From Candidatus Binatia bacterium (lineage in GTDB: Bacteria; Desulfobacterota; Binatia; Bin18), in the NCBI GenBank assembly GCA_963664395.2, contig OY761159.2, positions 4,352,001 to 4,416,000 of the forward strand: a stretch of DNA of 64,000 nucleotides, read 5' to 3'. Under the pieces are notes generated by a model, which saw nothing but the letters and a program-made list of their open reading frames with translations, made no database searches and was not told where the DNA came from. Positions 9,318 to 18,162 of this stretch are shown here, in pieces. A program made the position numbers and the translations under genes. How positions within the stretch are numbered: position 1 is the first letter of the stretch; every line of letters begins with the position of its first letter.

Positions 9318-10208
9318 TTAATCAGGCTCGTTCCGGGGCTCTTCGACCCGCTGCGCTTCCTGCTGTTCTTCCTTTAATTGCTTTTCTGACTTGACCTGAA
9401 TAGCCGCCGTCTCCGTTACCCGCCTGGCGACTATAATAAATCCCGTATGCGCGACCATACGATGTTCCGGGCGTATGGAGCGGTCCTTGACATGCCAAAA
9501 CCGGAGCATATTCTCCATGACCTCCACGCAGTCAAACCTGGGGTCCGCGTAGAGCGCATCCACCAGCGCTTTGACTTGCAGCACCGTAGGGAGATAGCCC
9601 ACGAGCACCCCTCCGGGCCGGACGACTTCTCGTGCGTGAGGCAAGACCTGCCACGGCTCGGGGAGATCGATCAGGATACGATCAACCTCCCGAACCGGTA
9701 AGCCCTGATACGCATCTGCTTGGGCTAATGTCCAGTTCGGCGTGGGGCCAATAAAACGCTTGACGTTGTTGCGTGCCATCTTGCAGTGGTCGGCCCGAAT
9801 ATCAACGGTGAGTAAATGTCCCTCTGGCCCTACGGCTCGCAGCAGGGCGATACTCAAAGCGCCTGGACCTGATCCAACCTCAAGCACCCGCGCGCCGGGG
9901 AATACATCCCCCCAGAGCAGGATAGGGCCCACATCCTTTGGATAGATGACCTGGGCTTGGCGCGGCAGGTTGGGAATCAATCGCGCATACGTTGGTCGCA
10001 AGATGCGGAATCTTTCGCTCTGACCAACCTGGACCAAGCTCCCTTCTGAAAGCCCAATGAATTGCTCAGCAGGAATATTCCCGCCGCGCAGCGCAATGAC
10101 ACTACCAGGGTGTAGTATCCGTATATATTCGCGCTCTTTATGGTCAATGAAGAGAACACTATCACCCGGCTGCAGGATCGTCCGCTCCGATGCAGACGGC
10201 GCCGTCAT
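9318..10208 (-). CDS. trmI: tRNA (adenine(58)-N1)-methyltransferase, TrmI/GCD14 family
   Basis: LPRQAQVIYPKD, VLEVGSGPGALS, IDLPEPW, RPEHRMVAHTGF; start reassigned to MTAPS. Confidence 0.93.
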   Translation of the reverse strand: MTAPSASERTILQPGDSVLFIDHKEREYIRILHPGSVIALRGGNIPAEQFIGLSEGSLVQVGQSERFRILRPTYARLIPNLPRQAQVIYPKDVGPILLWGDVFPGARVLEVGSGPGALSIALLRAVGPEGHLLTVDIRADHCKMARNNVKRFIGPTPNWTLAQADAYQGLPVREVDRILIDLPEPWQVLPHAREVVRPGGVLVGYLPTVLQVKALVDALYADPRFDCVEVMENMLRFWHVKDRSIRPEHRMVAHTGFIIVARRVTETAAIQVKSEKQLKEEQQEAQRVEEPRNEPD

Positions 10209-10273
10209 CCCTCCCTCACAGTATGGGATCGAAGGACCAATTCTGCTCGCTTGCGACAGGGGGTACACTTCAT
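10205..10273 (-). pseudogene. ttuA: 22-codon N-terminal remnant of a TtuA-like tRNA 2-thiolase
   Basis: MKCTPCRKRAELVLRSH resembles the Zn-finger N-terminus of TtuA as I recall it; lies directly after the ttuB-like relic; its stop overlaps the trmI start (ATGA). Confidence 0.6.
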
Positions 10274-10465
10274 ACGCCCCCCCAATAACTGAGCGAATTT
10301 CGATTTCGTTGTCCTCGTGTACGTGTTTTCTTTTGTTGAGAGGATGCTCCCACGAGCGGCCATAAGCGGCTCAGGCAGGAGGCTGAGTTTCTTGAGTAAG
10401 ACCCGCACAAGCATATTGCCAGGGAACGTAAACATCTGATTTTGCGGGAGAAGTTTGACCGCCAT
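10274..10465 (-). pseudogene. ttuB: Frameshifted ubiquitin-like sulfur carrier (TtuB/ThiS/MoaD family)
   Basis: MAVKLLPQNQ...LSLLPEPLMAARGSILST, then in another frame HVHEDNEIEIRSVIGG; no stop after the GG. Confidence 0.68.
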
Positions 10466-10514
10466 GGCGGTGACGGTACCACGCGTGTCATAGACTGACA
10501 AGAACCCTTAACCC

Positions 10515-10544
10515 TTGACAGCCAGGCAAAGGATCACCTATCCT
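10515..10544 (+). promoter_or_regulatory. Sigma70-type promoter for the 10606 gene pair
   Basis: TTGACA-18 bp-TATCCT. Confidence 0.55.
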
Positions 10545-10605
10545 AACATGGTCGCGTCGGCGGAGCCGATGCCTTACTAATGTTATTGATAGCGGAGGAA
10601 ATGAC

Positions 10606-10791
10606 ATGGCAAGGAAAGGGAAAACTGCACAGAAAGGAAAAGAGGCTGCCCTCTCACAACGAGCGTGCCCAACGTGTGGAGCTCACAGCCGGGTTGTCCA
10701 GTTTGCCGGGTTCGGGAAAAAAGGGTTCTACTGGGTGTGTGAAAAGAATGTGGAACATGTGGTCACAACACGCTCACTTCGGAGTCTGTAA
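10606..10791 (+). CDS. Small basic putative Zn-binding protein (61 aa)
   Basis: GGAGG RBS; CPTC...WVCE..H; abuts the next ORF (TAA-ATG). Confidence 0.7.
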   Translation: MARKGKTAQKGKEAALSQRACPTCGAHSRVVQFAGFGKKGFYWVCEKNVEHVVTTRSLRSL

Positions 10792-11124
10792 ATGCCGCGG
10801 GCGAAACAAGCACATGAGAAGCATGCACCAGGGCTCTTTGAGGAAGAGGAGCGAGGGGAGGACCTGGATGAAGAGGAACTTCCAAAAGATGAGGCTGGAC
10901 GACGCAAGATCAAAAGGCGCTATGCGGATCTCCTTGGAATTCGGGTCTCCAAGCTGCGTGGACGCGTGCTGAATCGAGAGCGGATCAATAAGACCATCGA
11001 GGGAATCTATTTCATTTGTGCCCACTGTTCTCAGATATGTCACAGCTTGGATGACGGCATCGTTGAAGATCCTGATAATATCGAGAATCTGTGTACGGCG
11101 TGCTCAACGATCAAGGCGCGCTAA
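10792..11124 (+). CDS. Hypothetical protein with C-terminal CxxC..CxxC zinc finger
   Basis: Acidic N-terminus; CAHC...CTAC; translationally adjacent to the previous ORF. Confidence 0.7.
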   Translation: MPRAKQAHEKHAPGLFEEEERGEDLDEEELPKDEAGRRKIKRRYADLLGIRVSKLRGRVLNRERINKTIEGIYFICAHCSQICHSLDDGIVEDPDNIENLCTACSTIKAR

Positions 11125-11382
11125 GCCAATCGTATGGGAGCAGGACCGCAGCGGAGATCGAGACCTGCCGTCGGCACGGTCGGCTCCTGACCGCCTCGCT
11201 CACGCACATGCTGCTCTACGTATCGGCGCAGACACATGTCCGTCATTGCCTCGCCGTTTGTCCCTTGCGCATCCCGGTGCAATAGACTAGCAAGAGGACA
11301 GCGACGACACGCGGCACACCGCCGGTGCCTTGCCTCTCGTGCACTCGCGCATGAGATTCTCCCCAAGACTCCAGGAGGTCGT

Positions 11383-12195
11383 ATGCGACAGCATCAGGCT
11401 CACCCATCCTTCCCGTTCCGGCCCCACTCATCTCGGTGTGGTCTTCTGGTTGCCCTGTCCGTTTTTGTTCCCCTTTTGCTTCTGCCTGGCCTCGCTCCGG
11501 CAGCGCCGGCCGTCCCCGTCCAGGTCCACCACGTTGGATTTGATCGCCAGGCACAGGCTCCTGTGGTGATTCTTGCGGACGCCGAGACAGCGCGTTTTCT
11601 GCCGATCTGGGTCGGCCCGTTTGAAGCCCGCGCCATTGCTCTGGCACTGGCAGGGACACCGGCTCCCCGTCCTCTGACGCATGACCTGATGAAGAATGTC
11701 CTTGACCATGTCGGTGTGCAGTTTCAAAAGGTTATTGTGAGCGCACTCAAGAACAATACGTATTTTGCACGGATTCATTTGCTCTTCACTGACCGACCGG
11801 TCGAGATCGACAGTCGCCCGAGTGATGCCATTGCGCTTGCCCTCAGGTTCGATCGGCCTATTTTTGTCGCCCAGGACGTCTTTGCCGAAAGTGGCCAGCG
11901 TTTGCCCGCACCACTCCAGCCCATCAGCGCAACGGTTATGGGGATTGAGGTGCAGAATCTGACTGTGGACCTTGCGGAGTATTTTCGGCTGCCGACTGCA
12001 GATGGCGTGCTGGTGACAAATTCCACTCAGAGTCGAGGAACACTGCAACGCGGCGATGTCATTCTTGCCCTGGAGGGCGAACTCATCCGCAATATCTCAG
12101 ACTTTCGGAAGAAAACTGGGCAAGAGAATCAGTCGGTGCGTCTCCTCGTCCGACGTTCCGGACAAGATATCGGCGTCATCCTTCCCCGCCGTTAG
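11383..12195 (+). CDS. Bifunctional nuclease (DUF151) domain protein with N-terminal signal/TM and C-terminal PDZ domain
   Basis: LPIWVGPFEARAIA, RPLTHDL, IDSRPSDAIALA; then MGIEVQNLT..GVLVT..LQRGDVILAL; GGAGG RBS before 11383. Confidence 0.88.
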   Translation: MRQHQAHPSFPFRPHSSRCGLLVALSVFVPLLLLPGLAPAAPAVPVQVHHVGFDRQAQAPVVILADAETARFLPIWVGPFEARAIALALAGTPAPRPLTHDLMKNVLDHVGVQFQKVIVSALKNNTYFARIHLLFTDRPVEIDSRPSDAIALALRFDRPIFVAQDVFAESGQRLPAPLQPISATVMGIEVQNLTVDLAEYFRLPTADGVLVTNSTQSRGTLQRGDVILALEGELIRNISDFRKKTGQENQSVRLLVRRSGQDIGVILPRR

Positions 12196-12410
12196 AGCCG
12201 GATGCCCCGCAGCAGCCGGTCCGGTCGCGTGTCCGCATGTTGTCCGACCGCATCGGTGAACAACTCCCCTCCACGGCACGGTCACGGCGTTTGCCTTTGA
12301 CCAGCGTTTTGCCGAACAAGGCTTCCGGCTCGTGTCGTAGCCCCTGCGGCCCACACCCGACATACACGAGAACCGAATCGTTACCCAAAAGATATAGTGC
12401 TGCCGTAGTC

Positions 12411-12463
12411 TTGACCTGGGCGGCCAAGCATTGGTATTACTTACCGCTCAGCGCAATAATACC
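12411..12463 (+). promoter_or_regulatory. Putative autoregulated vapBC promoter/operator
   Basis: TTGACC-18 bp-TATTAC overlapped by the inverted repeat GGTATTA(12433)...TAATACC(12463). Confidence 0.5.
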
Positions 12464-12474
12464 CCGGAGATGCA

Positions 12475-12714
12475 ATGAATACTATCTCGCTGAAGGTGCC
12501 CGAACCGCTTGCCATCAGGCTCAAGGATACAGCGCGGCAAAAAGGAGTGAGCAAGTCTGTGCTGATTCGCGATGCTCTGGAGGCGTACCTGCAAACGGAC
12601 AAGGCCGAACGACCCGAGTCTGCTCTGTCGCAGGTGGCCGACCTCGCAGGCATGCTGTCCGGCCCCGAAGACCTGTCCGTGAACAAGGACTACCTGCGGG
12701 ATTTCGGTCGGTGA
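12475..12714 (+). CDS. vapB: CopG/RHH antitoxin
   Basis: TISLKVPE..L...ARQKGVSKSVLIRDAL; GPEDLS; overlaps the PIN gene by GTGA. Confidence 0.85.
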   Translation: MNTISLKVPEPLAIRLKDTARQKGVSKSVLIRDALEAYLQTDKAERPESALSQVADLAGMLSGPEDLSVNKDYLRDFGR

Positions 12715-13130
12715 AAAACCACGTTATTCTCGATACCGGTCCACTAGTCGCCCTGCTGAATCGAGGCGACCGGCATCATCGCTGGGCAATGGACCAATGG
12801 GCGCAGATCGTACCGCCGCTGCTTACCTGCGAAGCGGTCCTGGCTGAAGCCTGCTTTCTGGTCCGCCGATTTCCCGGAGGACAGGCGGCCGTGCTTGATC
12901 TGGTCCAGCGCGGTGTCCTGGATGTATCGTTTCGCTTAATCGAAGAAACCGAAACCATCCTTCGGCTGCTGAGGAAATACCGGGATGTTCCCATGTCCCT
13001 CGCGGACGGTTGCCTTGTGCGGATGGCTGAACGGCGTGCGGCAGGGGTTGTCTTAACTCTGGACAGCGATTTTTCGATCTACCGAAAGAACGGGCGTCAG
13101 GTGATTCCGACCTTGGCGCCAGCTTCATGA
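12711..13130 (+). CDS. vapC: PIN-domain toxin
   Basis: VILDTGPLVA, TCEAVLAE, MSLADGCL, TLDSDF. Confidence 0.9.
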   Translation: MKNHVILDTGPLVALLNRGDRHHRWAMDQWAQIVPPLLTCEAVLAEACFLVRRFPGGQAAVLDLVQRGVLDVSFRLIEETETILRLLRKYRDVPMSLADGCLVRMAERRAAGVVLTLDSDFSIYRKNGRQVIPTLAPAS

Positions 13131-13227
13131 ACACATCCTCGACGGAGACATGGATACGCTTGCAGGCTGCCCACACGGACAGGGAGTGGGCCGCGGGCGC
13201 AAGTCTCAGGCCCGCGAGCGCGGCGAC

Positions 13228-13446
13228 ATGAGCACGGTCGGCCAACGGGAAATCCGCACACAGCAGCGCGTGATAGCGTTCTTCCGGGCTGCGCTTGGCT
13301 ACGCCTACCTCGGAGATTGGCGGGACCGCGCCGACAACGGCACGATCGAGAAGGGATTGCTGACCGACAGGCTCATGCCTCAGTGGCGCGTGTATAGGGA
13401 CGAACTCAACCGTGCGCCGCTCGCTCATGAAGACTGGCATTACTGA
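13228..13446 (+). pseudogene. hsdR: N-terminal fragment of a type I restriction HsdR
   Basis: MSTVGQREIRTQQRVIAFF...LGYAYLGDWRDRADN resembles HsdR N-termini; truncated after about 50 aa. Confidence 0.6.
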
Positions 13447-13601
13447 ATGGACCTACGATCCTGGAGGGAGTATGTGAGGCCCTGTCATGCCGTATCTTCC
13501 GAGACGCCACAACAGGAAAAAGGATGGAACAGAGGGGGAAGGGGGCAGTGTGATCATGGGTAAATAGGTATATAAGTCTCCAATAAAAAGGAGGAGTGGC
13601 T

Positions 13602-14009
13602 ATGAATTTTTTAGAGGATAAAGATGCTATTCGCGATTTAATGACGCGGTACTGCCTATCGATTGACGCTGGACGCTATGAGGACTGGGTTCAATGTTTT
13701 ACCGAGGATGGTACTTTTAACAGTCCGATTCTCGGTAAATGGCAAGGGCCGGAAAAGCTGCTGGCGTTTACCGCACGCTATAAAGAATGGACTGGAGACG
13801 CGCAGCCGCGTCACTGCGTCATGAATATTCTGATTGATCTCGCCGGCGATACTGCTACCGCAGAGAGCTATCTGCTGATGACGCACGCGGCGCAGGGAAA
13901 AACGGAACTCGTGGTTTCCGGACGCTATGAAGACCTGATTGAAAAAGTGGCGGGTCAGTGGCGTTTTAAGGAACGAAAGGTTTGCCCTGATACCTCGCCG
14001 GCAGGCTGA
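13602..14009 (+). CDS. SnoaL-like/NTF2 family protein
   Basis: LEDKDAIRDLMTRYCLSID, FTEDG, GRYED...WRFKER; AGGAGG RBS. Confidence 0.9.
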   Translation: MNFLEDKDAIRDLMTRYCLSIDAGRYEDWVQCFTEDGTFNSPILGKWQGPEKLLAFTARYKEWTGDAQPRHCVMNILIDLAGDTATAESYLLMTHAAQGKTELVVSGRYEDLIEKVAGQWRFKERKVCPDTSPAG

Positions 14010-14092
14010 AGAGGGTCGGTGCCCAAGCCTCTGTGACGCCTTTTCCCTCCCCCCTTTCAAAGTCGAAGAAAGCCGGATAAGACCGGCCCCAT

Positions 14093-14180
14093 GGAGGGAT
14101 GGCCGAGCGGTTGAAGGCGCCGGTCTTGAAAACCGGTAGAGTCCAAAAGGCTCTCGTGGGTTCGAATCCCACTCCCTCCG
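14093..14180 (+). tRNA. tRNA-Ser (anticodon TGA), long variable arm, CCA not encoded
   Basis: GGAGGGA/TCCCTCC acceptor stem, GGCCGAGCGGTTGAAGGC D-arm, CCGGT-CTTGAAA-ACCGG anticodon arm, GTGGG-TTCGAAT-CCCAC T-arm. Confidence 0.97.
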
Positions 14181-14461
14181 CTCTTTCCTGCTCCTCTCTC
14201 ATTCCCATCCGTTCCCCGATTATCATCGTAAACCCCGAATATACCAGGTTTTTCTCTCGCCGTCGGATCGTCGGCTGAGCGGTCCTATACGAGAAGTGAT
14301 CTTTTCGCTAAGCGAGAAGTTGAAGGAGTGAGGGAGATCGTGATAAAATTCCATAATCAGCCCCTGGTCAACCCCCAGCGTAGGAACTGACCGTTCTGCA
14401 AACCCCGTAGGCGACACGCCTCCCAGCTAGCCTCCCCGAGAGGCCCATTCCGGGGACAAGA

Positions 14462-16105
14462 ATGCCCGACAATCAACCGCTGGCCTATCATGAAATTCAA
14501 AAACATTTTCAGACTGTCCGGGAGAACGTCCACAGACTTCAGAGTGAAGCCGGAGCCCGTCGGCCTCGTGGCCGCGGGCGACGGGGGAGCGGCCAGCCGC
14601 CGCATAGTCGTATGGCGGAGCAGCACAGAGTCCCTCCCCACGACCTCGCGGCCGAACGGGCCGTCCTGGGCGGGATATTGATCGACAATACCGCGCTTGA
14701 TCGGGTGAACCTGGCGCCAGAGGACTTTTTCTATAGCGGGCACAAGCTGATTTTCCGGGCCATGCAGCACATAGCCGCGTTGGGTACCTCCATTGACCGC
14801 CTCACCCTGTACGACGTATTCAAAAAAGAGCCAGGGCACCCGCAGGCTGAGTACCTGGCTACGCTGGCGGATGCTACCCCCAGCGCAGCCAACATTGTGG
14901 AACCTGCCAAGATCGTCAGGGAGCATGCCGACCGACGGCGTCTGATCGACCTGATGGAGGACGTCTTGCAACGGGCGCATACCGGGGAGGCGGTCGCTCC
15001 GTTGTGTGAGAGTTTGCTCCAAGGTGTGGTCAACTTGGCCGACCAGCGCCCGGACGGATTCAAGAGCACGCCCTGGGCGGAACTCAAGTACACCTCCCAG
15101 GAGCAAGTGGGGTGGGTGGTAGACGGGCTGCTACGGCGGGGCGGGCTCTCCTTTCTCTTTGCCGCTCCCAAAGTGGGGAAATCCTCGACCGCCCGGACGC
15201 TGACGCGGGCAGTGGCGCTCGGGTTGCCGTGGCTCGGTCGAGACGTACAGCAGGGTGGAGTCGTCTATTTGGCACTGGAAGAAATGCCGGTGGACGTGCA
15301 AGATCATTTTCATCAGATGGACCTGCCAGAAACGGCCCCTGTGGAAATCGTGTTCGAGCGGGAACCAAGGGAGACGTTCAAGAAGCTAGAGCAGCTTATC
15401 GACAAGTTACAACCCAGCCTGGTCATTGTGGACACGTTGATTCAACTCGTCCAAATCGGGGACATCAACGACTACGCGCGCACCGTCCGGGCGCTGCAAC
15501 CGCTCCTCGCACTGACCCGACGGAGCAACGCGCATGTCCTCTGTCTGCACCATGCCCGAAAGAGCGGTGGTTCACACGGGGCGGAGGGACTGGGGAGTCA
15601 GGCGCTGAGTGGGACCGTTGACGTGATTCTCTCTCTCAAGCGGGAGGATCACTATCGGATCATTTCCTCCACCCAGCGACGGGGCCGCCCACTGGAAGAC
15701 TCCGTGCTGCGCCTGAACGAGGACACCGGCCTGGTCGAGTTGACGGGCACGAAAAAGGCCATGGACACCGAGCTCAAGGGGGAAGAGATCATTGCCTTCC
15801 TGGAGGAGCAAGAAGAGCCGGTGAGAACGGAGACTATTCAGGCGGAGTTAAAGGGCAGAAGGCAAACGCTGAACGACACGCTCCGGGCGCTAGTCGAGCA
15901 GGGTAAAATAGGGTGCGTCGGGAGCGGAAAAAGAGGCGATCCGTACCTCTATTTTGCTGTTCCCGAGGGGCCCAAAGAAGCGGCAGTTTCGGCAGCATGC
16001 CAGGAACAGCAACTGTCCAGCGATTCCAAAGGGTTAGACCTTGAAAAAGAAGCTGTTCCGCTGTTCCCGACCTATAATGGGGAACAGAAAGAACAGAAAA
16101 TATGA
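14462..16105 (+). CDS. Mobile-element replication protein: DnaB N-terminal-like domain + AAA_25/RepA-type helicase + putative HTH (start may be 14612)
   Basis: PPHDLAAERAVLGGILID (DnaB_N), AAPKVGKS Walker A, YLALEE, LVIVDTL Walker B, LHHARK. Confidence 0.85.
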   Translation: MPDNQPLAYHEIQKHFQTVRENVHRLQSEAGARRPRGRGRRGSGQPPHSRMAEQHRVPPHDLAAERAVLGGILIDNTALDRVNLAPEDFFYSGHKLIFRAMQHIAALGTSIDRLTLYDVFKKEPGHPQAEYLATLADATPSAANIVEPAKIVREHADRRRLIDLMEDVLQRAHTGEAVAPLCESLLQGVVNLADQRPDGFKSTPWAELKYTSQEQVGWVVDGLLRRGGLSFLFAAPKVGKSSTARTLTRAVALGLPWLGRDVQQGGVVYLALEEMPVDVQDHFHQMDLPETAPVEIVFEREPRETFKKLEQLIDKLQPSLVIVDTLIQLVQIGDINDYARTVRALQPLLALTRRSNAHVLCLHHARKSGGSHGAEGLGSQALSGTVDVILSLKREDHYRIISSTQRRGRPLEDSVLRLNEDTGLVELTGTKKAMDTELKGEEIIAFLEEQEEPVRTETIQAELKGRRQTLNDTLRALVEQGKIGCVGSGKRGDPYLYFAVPEGPKEAAVSAACQEQQLSSDSKGLDLEKEAVPLFPTYNGEQKEQKI

Positions 16106-16230
16106 CCATCTCAGACCATGTGGCCGGGCCGGTCAGCCCGGCCCGCAATGAGGCAACCGAACAGCTCGCTTTGGGGTAGTGACACTAACAGCTCACGGGC
16201 ATAACGGAAGCGGGAGCAGTGGGACGAACA

Positions 16231-16290
16231 GTCAGCGTTGCCGCGATTGTAGTAGACCCTGGCATCGGTCGGGTGCAGCTCGATGGCCCG
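16231..16290 (-). pseudogene. Isolated TPR-repeat fragment
   Basis: Translates as RAIELHPTDARVYYNRGNAD; in-frame stop just upstream. Confidence 0.55.
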
Positions 16291-16725
16291 GCCGGTCGCC
16301 CAATTGTGATCCGTCTCTCATGTCCACGGTCAGAATCCTCGCCGGCCGCTAGAGTGGCGCGCGGCCAAGCAGGATAGCAGACCCACGCAAAAACAGGTCG
16401 GAAGGGAGAGAAATATGTTCTCCCAGAGTCGATTTTTTGGCCGTTTTTTACCGGAATTTGTGCGATTAGAGAGCATAAAGTTAAATAGAAACGGGGATTT
16501 CCATGTGGAGGGGCCTTTTTGGGGGAAATGAGGCCGTTTTTTGGGCGCGCCTAGCGGGCTCGCGCAGCTCACGCTTGACCGTGGTCGCGGTCAGGTCGAG
16601 GGGGTAGGCAAGTCTATTATTGCCCTTGCATCCCCCTTGAAGGGGGACGGGAACCGGTTGGAAACTGTTATTTGAGATGAGGAGAGACAGAAATACATCG
16701 AAAAACACGTCAGAACAGAGACGCG

Positions 16726-17152
16726 CAGAGCCCCAGCCAGACCGGGAACGCCGTACCATACGTCAGACCGAGATCGTGGCGTACAGAGCAAATACGGACG
16801 CCGGATTCAGAGCCCCAGCCAGGCACACGCCAAATCGCACCAGAGACACGCACCGCCGCCAGACCTCGCACCGCCGCCAGACCCTCGCACCCTTGGCGAT
16901 CCTTGGCGCTTCTTGCCGACCATTCGCCCTCATTCGCCGTGTATTCGCTTCACCGCCAGTCAGGCAGACCGAGACAACGCCGGCAGCCACACACAACCAC
17001 ACGTCAGCCACCCCAGCACATGCCGCGCGGGCGCGCGTCGGACTGCCCAGGCCCGCAGACCGACCACACGCCCGCGCAGCCCCCGGCTTCGTGTTGAAGC
17101 AACACCAAGCCAACCCCACCAGGCACACGCCACGCCAGCAGGACACGCACCG
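16726..17152 (+). repeat. Cluster of short direct and tandem repeats
   Basis: CGCACCGCCGCCAGACC(C)T twice in tandem (16849-16885); CAGAGCCCCAGCCAG at 16726 and 16808; CCAGGCACACGCCA at 16819 and 17119. Confidence 0.75.
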
Positions 17153-17650
17153 ACGAGCTGGAAACCAGAGCCGCACCTACACCAGCATCGAGTCTGGCAC
17201 CCGACCAGGATGGCAACACACACGCACACACGATCCAGGCCGAGACCACCGGGCAACTCGGAGCGACCATCAGAAGGCACCCCACCAGCGCGTGCGCCTT
17301 GGCCCTTGTTGCTGGGCGAAGCGCCCGCTGTTTTTGTCCCGCCCACCCTGGGCGCGCGCGCTCCACCCCACCGAGGGACACTCGGACTCAACCAGCTCGA
17401 CACACACGCCCGGCCTCGCTTGCGCCGTGGACGAACCACCGCGCCCGTCAGAGGGACACGGCTGGTCGGGCTGTTTGCCGCTTTCCGCCCGGCTGTCGTC
17501 CCGGCGCTGGGGCAGGAGAAGCGCCGGGACGACAGCCTAAGCGGAAAAGCCGCAGTGGCCCGACGCTCTTCACCTTGAGACCCGACACGACAGCGCCGGC
17601 GGAGATCCTCACGCCCAACCAGGCCGTAGCGACACATCAGAATAGGGATG

Positions 17651-17732
17651 GGAGAACCAAGACAAAACAAGAGTTATCGTCCGCAAGCGGCTTCGGAGGA
17701 ACCCGATAACTGTTATTTTGTCTCAGTTCTCC
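17651..17732. repeat. 29-bp imperfect inverted repeat; each arm contains a dif-like GATAA-N6-TTTTGT core
   Basis: GGAGAACCAAGACAAAACAAGAGTTATCG ... CGATAACTGTTATTTTGTCTCAGTTCTCC (4 mismatches). Confidence 0.7.
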
Positions 17733-18162
17733 AAGGCACACTCTCGACCTTGCCAACCCCACCCCAGCCCAGCCAACCACAACCGGCCCCGTCCCCATCC
17801 TCTCTCCCTCTTGTCTGGCCCCTCAGCCGTTCGGTCTCCGTCCGACCGTCCTGCTCGTTCCCCGTCTTCCGCACGTCCCGCCTCTCCGACCCTCGCGGGA
17901 GCATCAAGCGCGGTGCCTCTCCCATCCTTCACCCCATCTTGCGCCTTCCCCGCCCGCCCTATTCGGGCGGGCCGCCTACGGCGTCGGGCGCGCTCGGACC
18001 CACCCCAGGAACCAGGACCGGAGGAGGAGGGACGGGACGGGGTCGTCTGCGAATGATAGGAGAGGTGAGGAGATAGAGAAGAACGTTCATCCGTTAGGAG
18101 GGTATTTGAAGAGTTGGAGTGAGGTGTGTGAAAAGGATACATGCATGGGATTGGAGAGAACG

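Noticed and set aside
12237-12710. N-terminal extension making the PIN protein 297 aa
   Set aside because: It overlaps vapB; the PIN domain begins at GTG 12711 with a GTGA coupling.
14181-14461. Integrase at the island's left end
   Set aside because: No ORF with tyrosine or serine recombinase motifs at either end.
16677-17670. Long overlapping ORFs (287, 221 and 236 aa)
   Set aside because: R/P/T/H- or G/V/C-biased translations in several frames, typical of GC-rich skewed non-coding DNA; no motifs.
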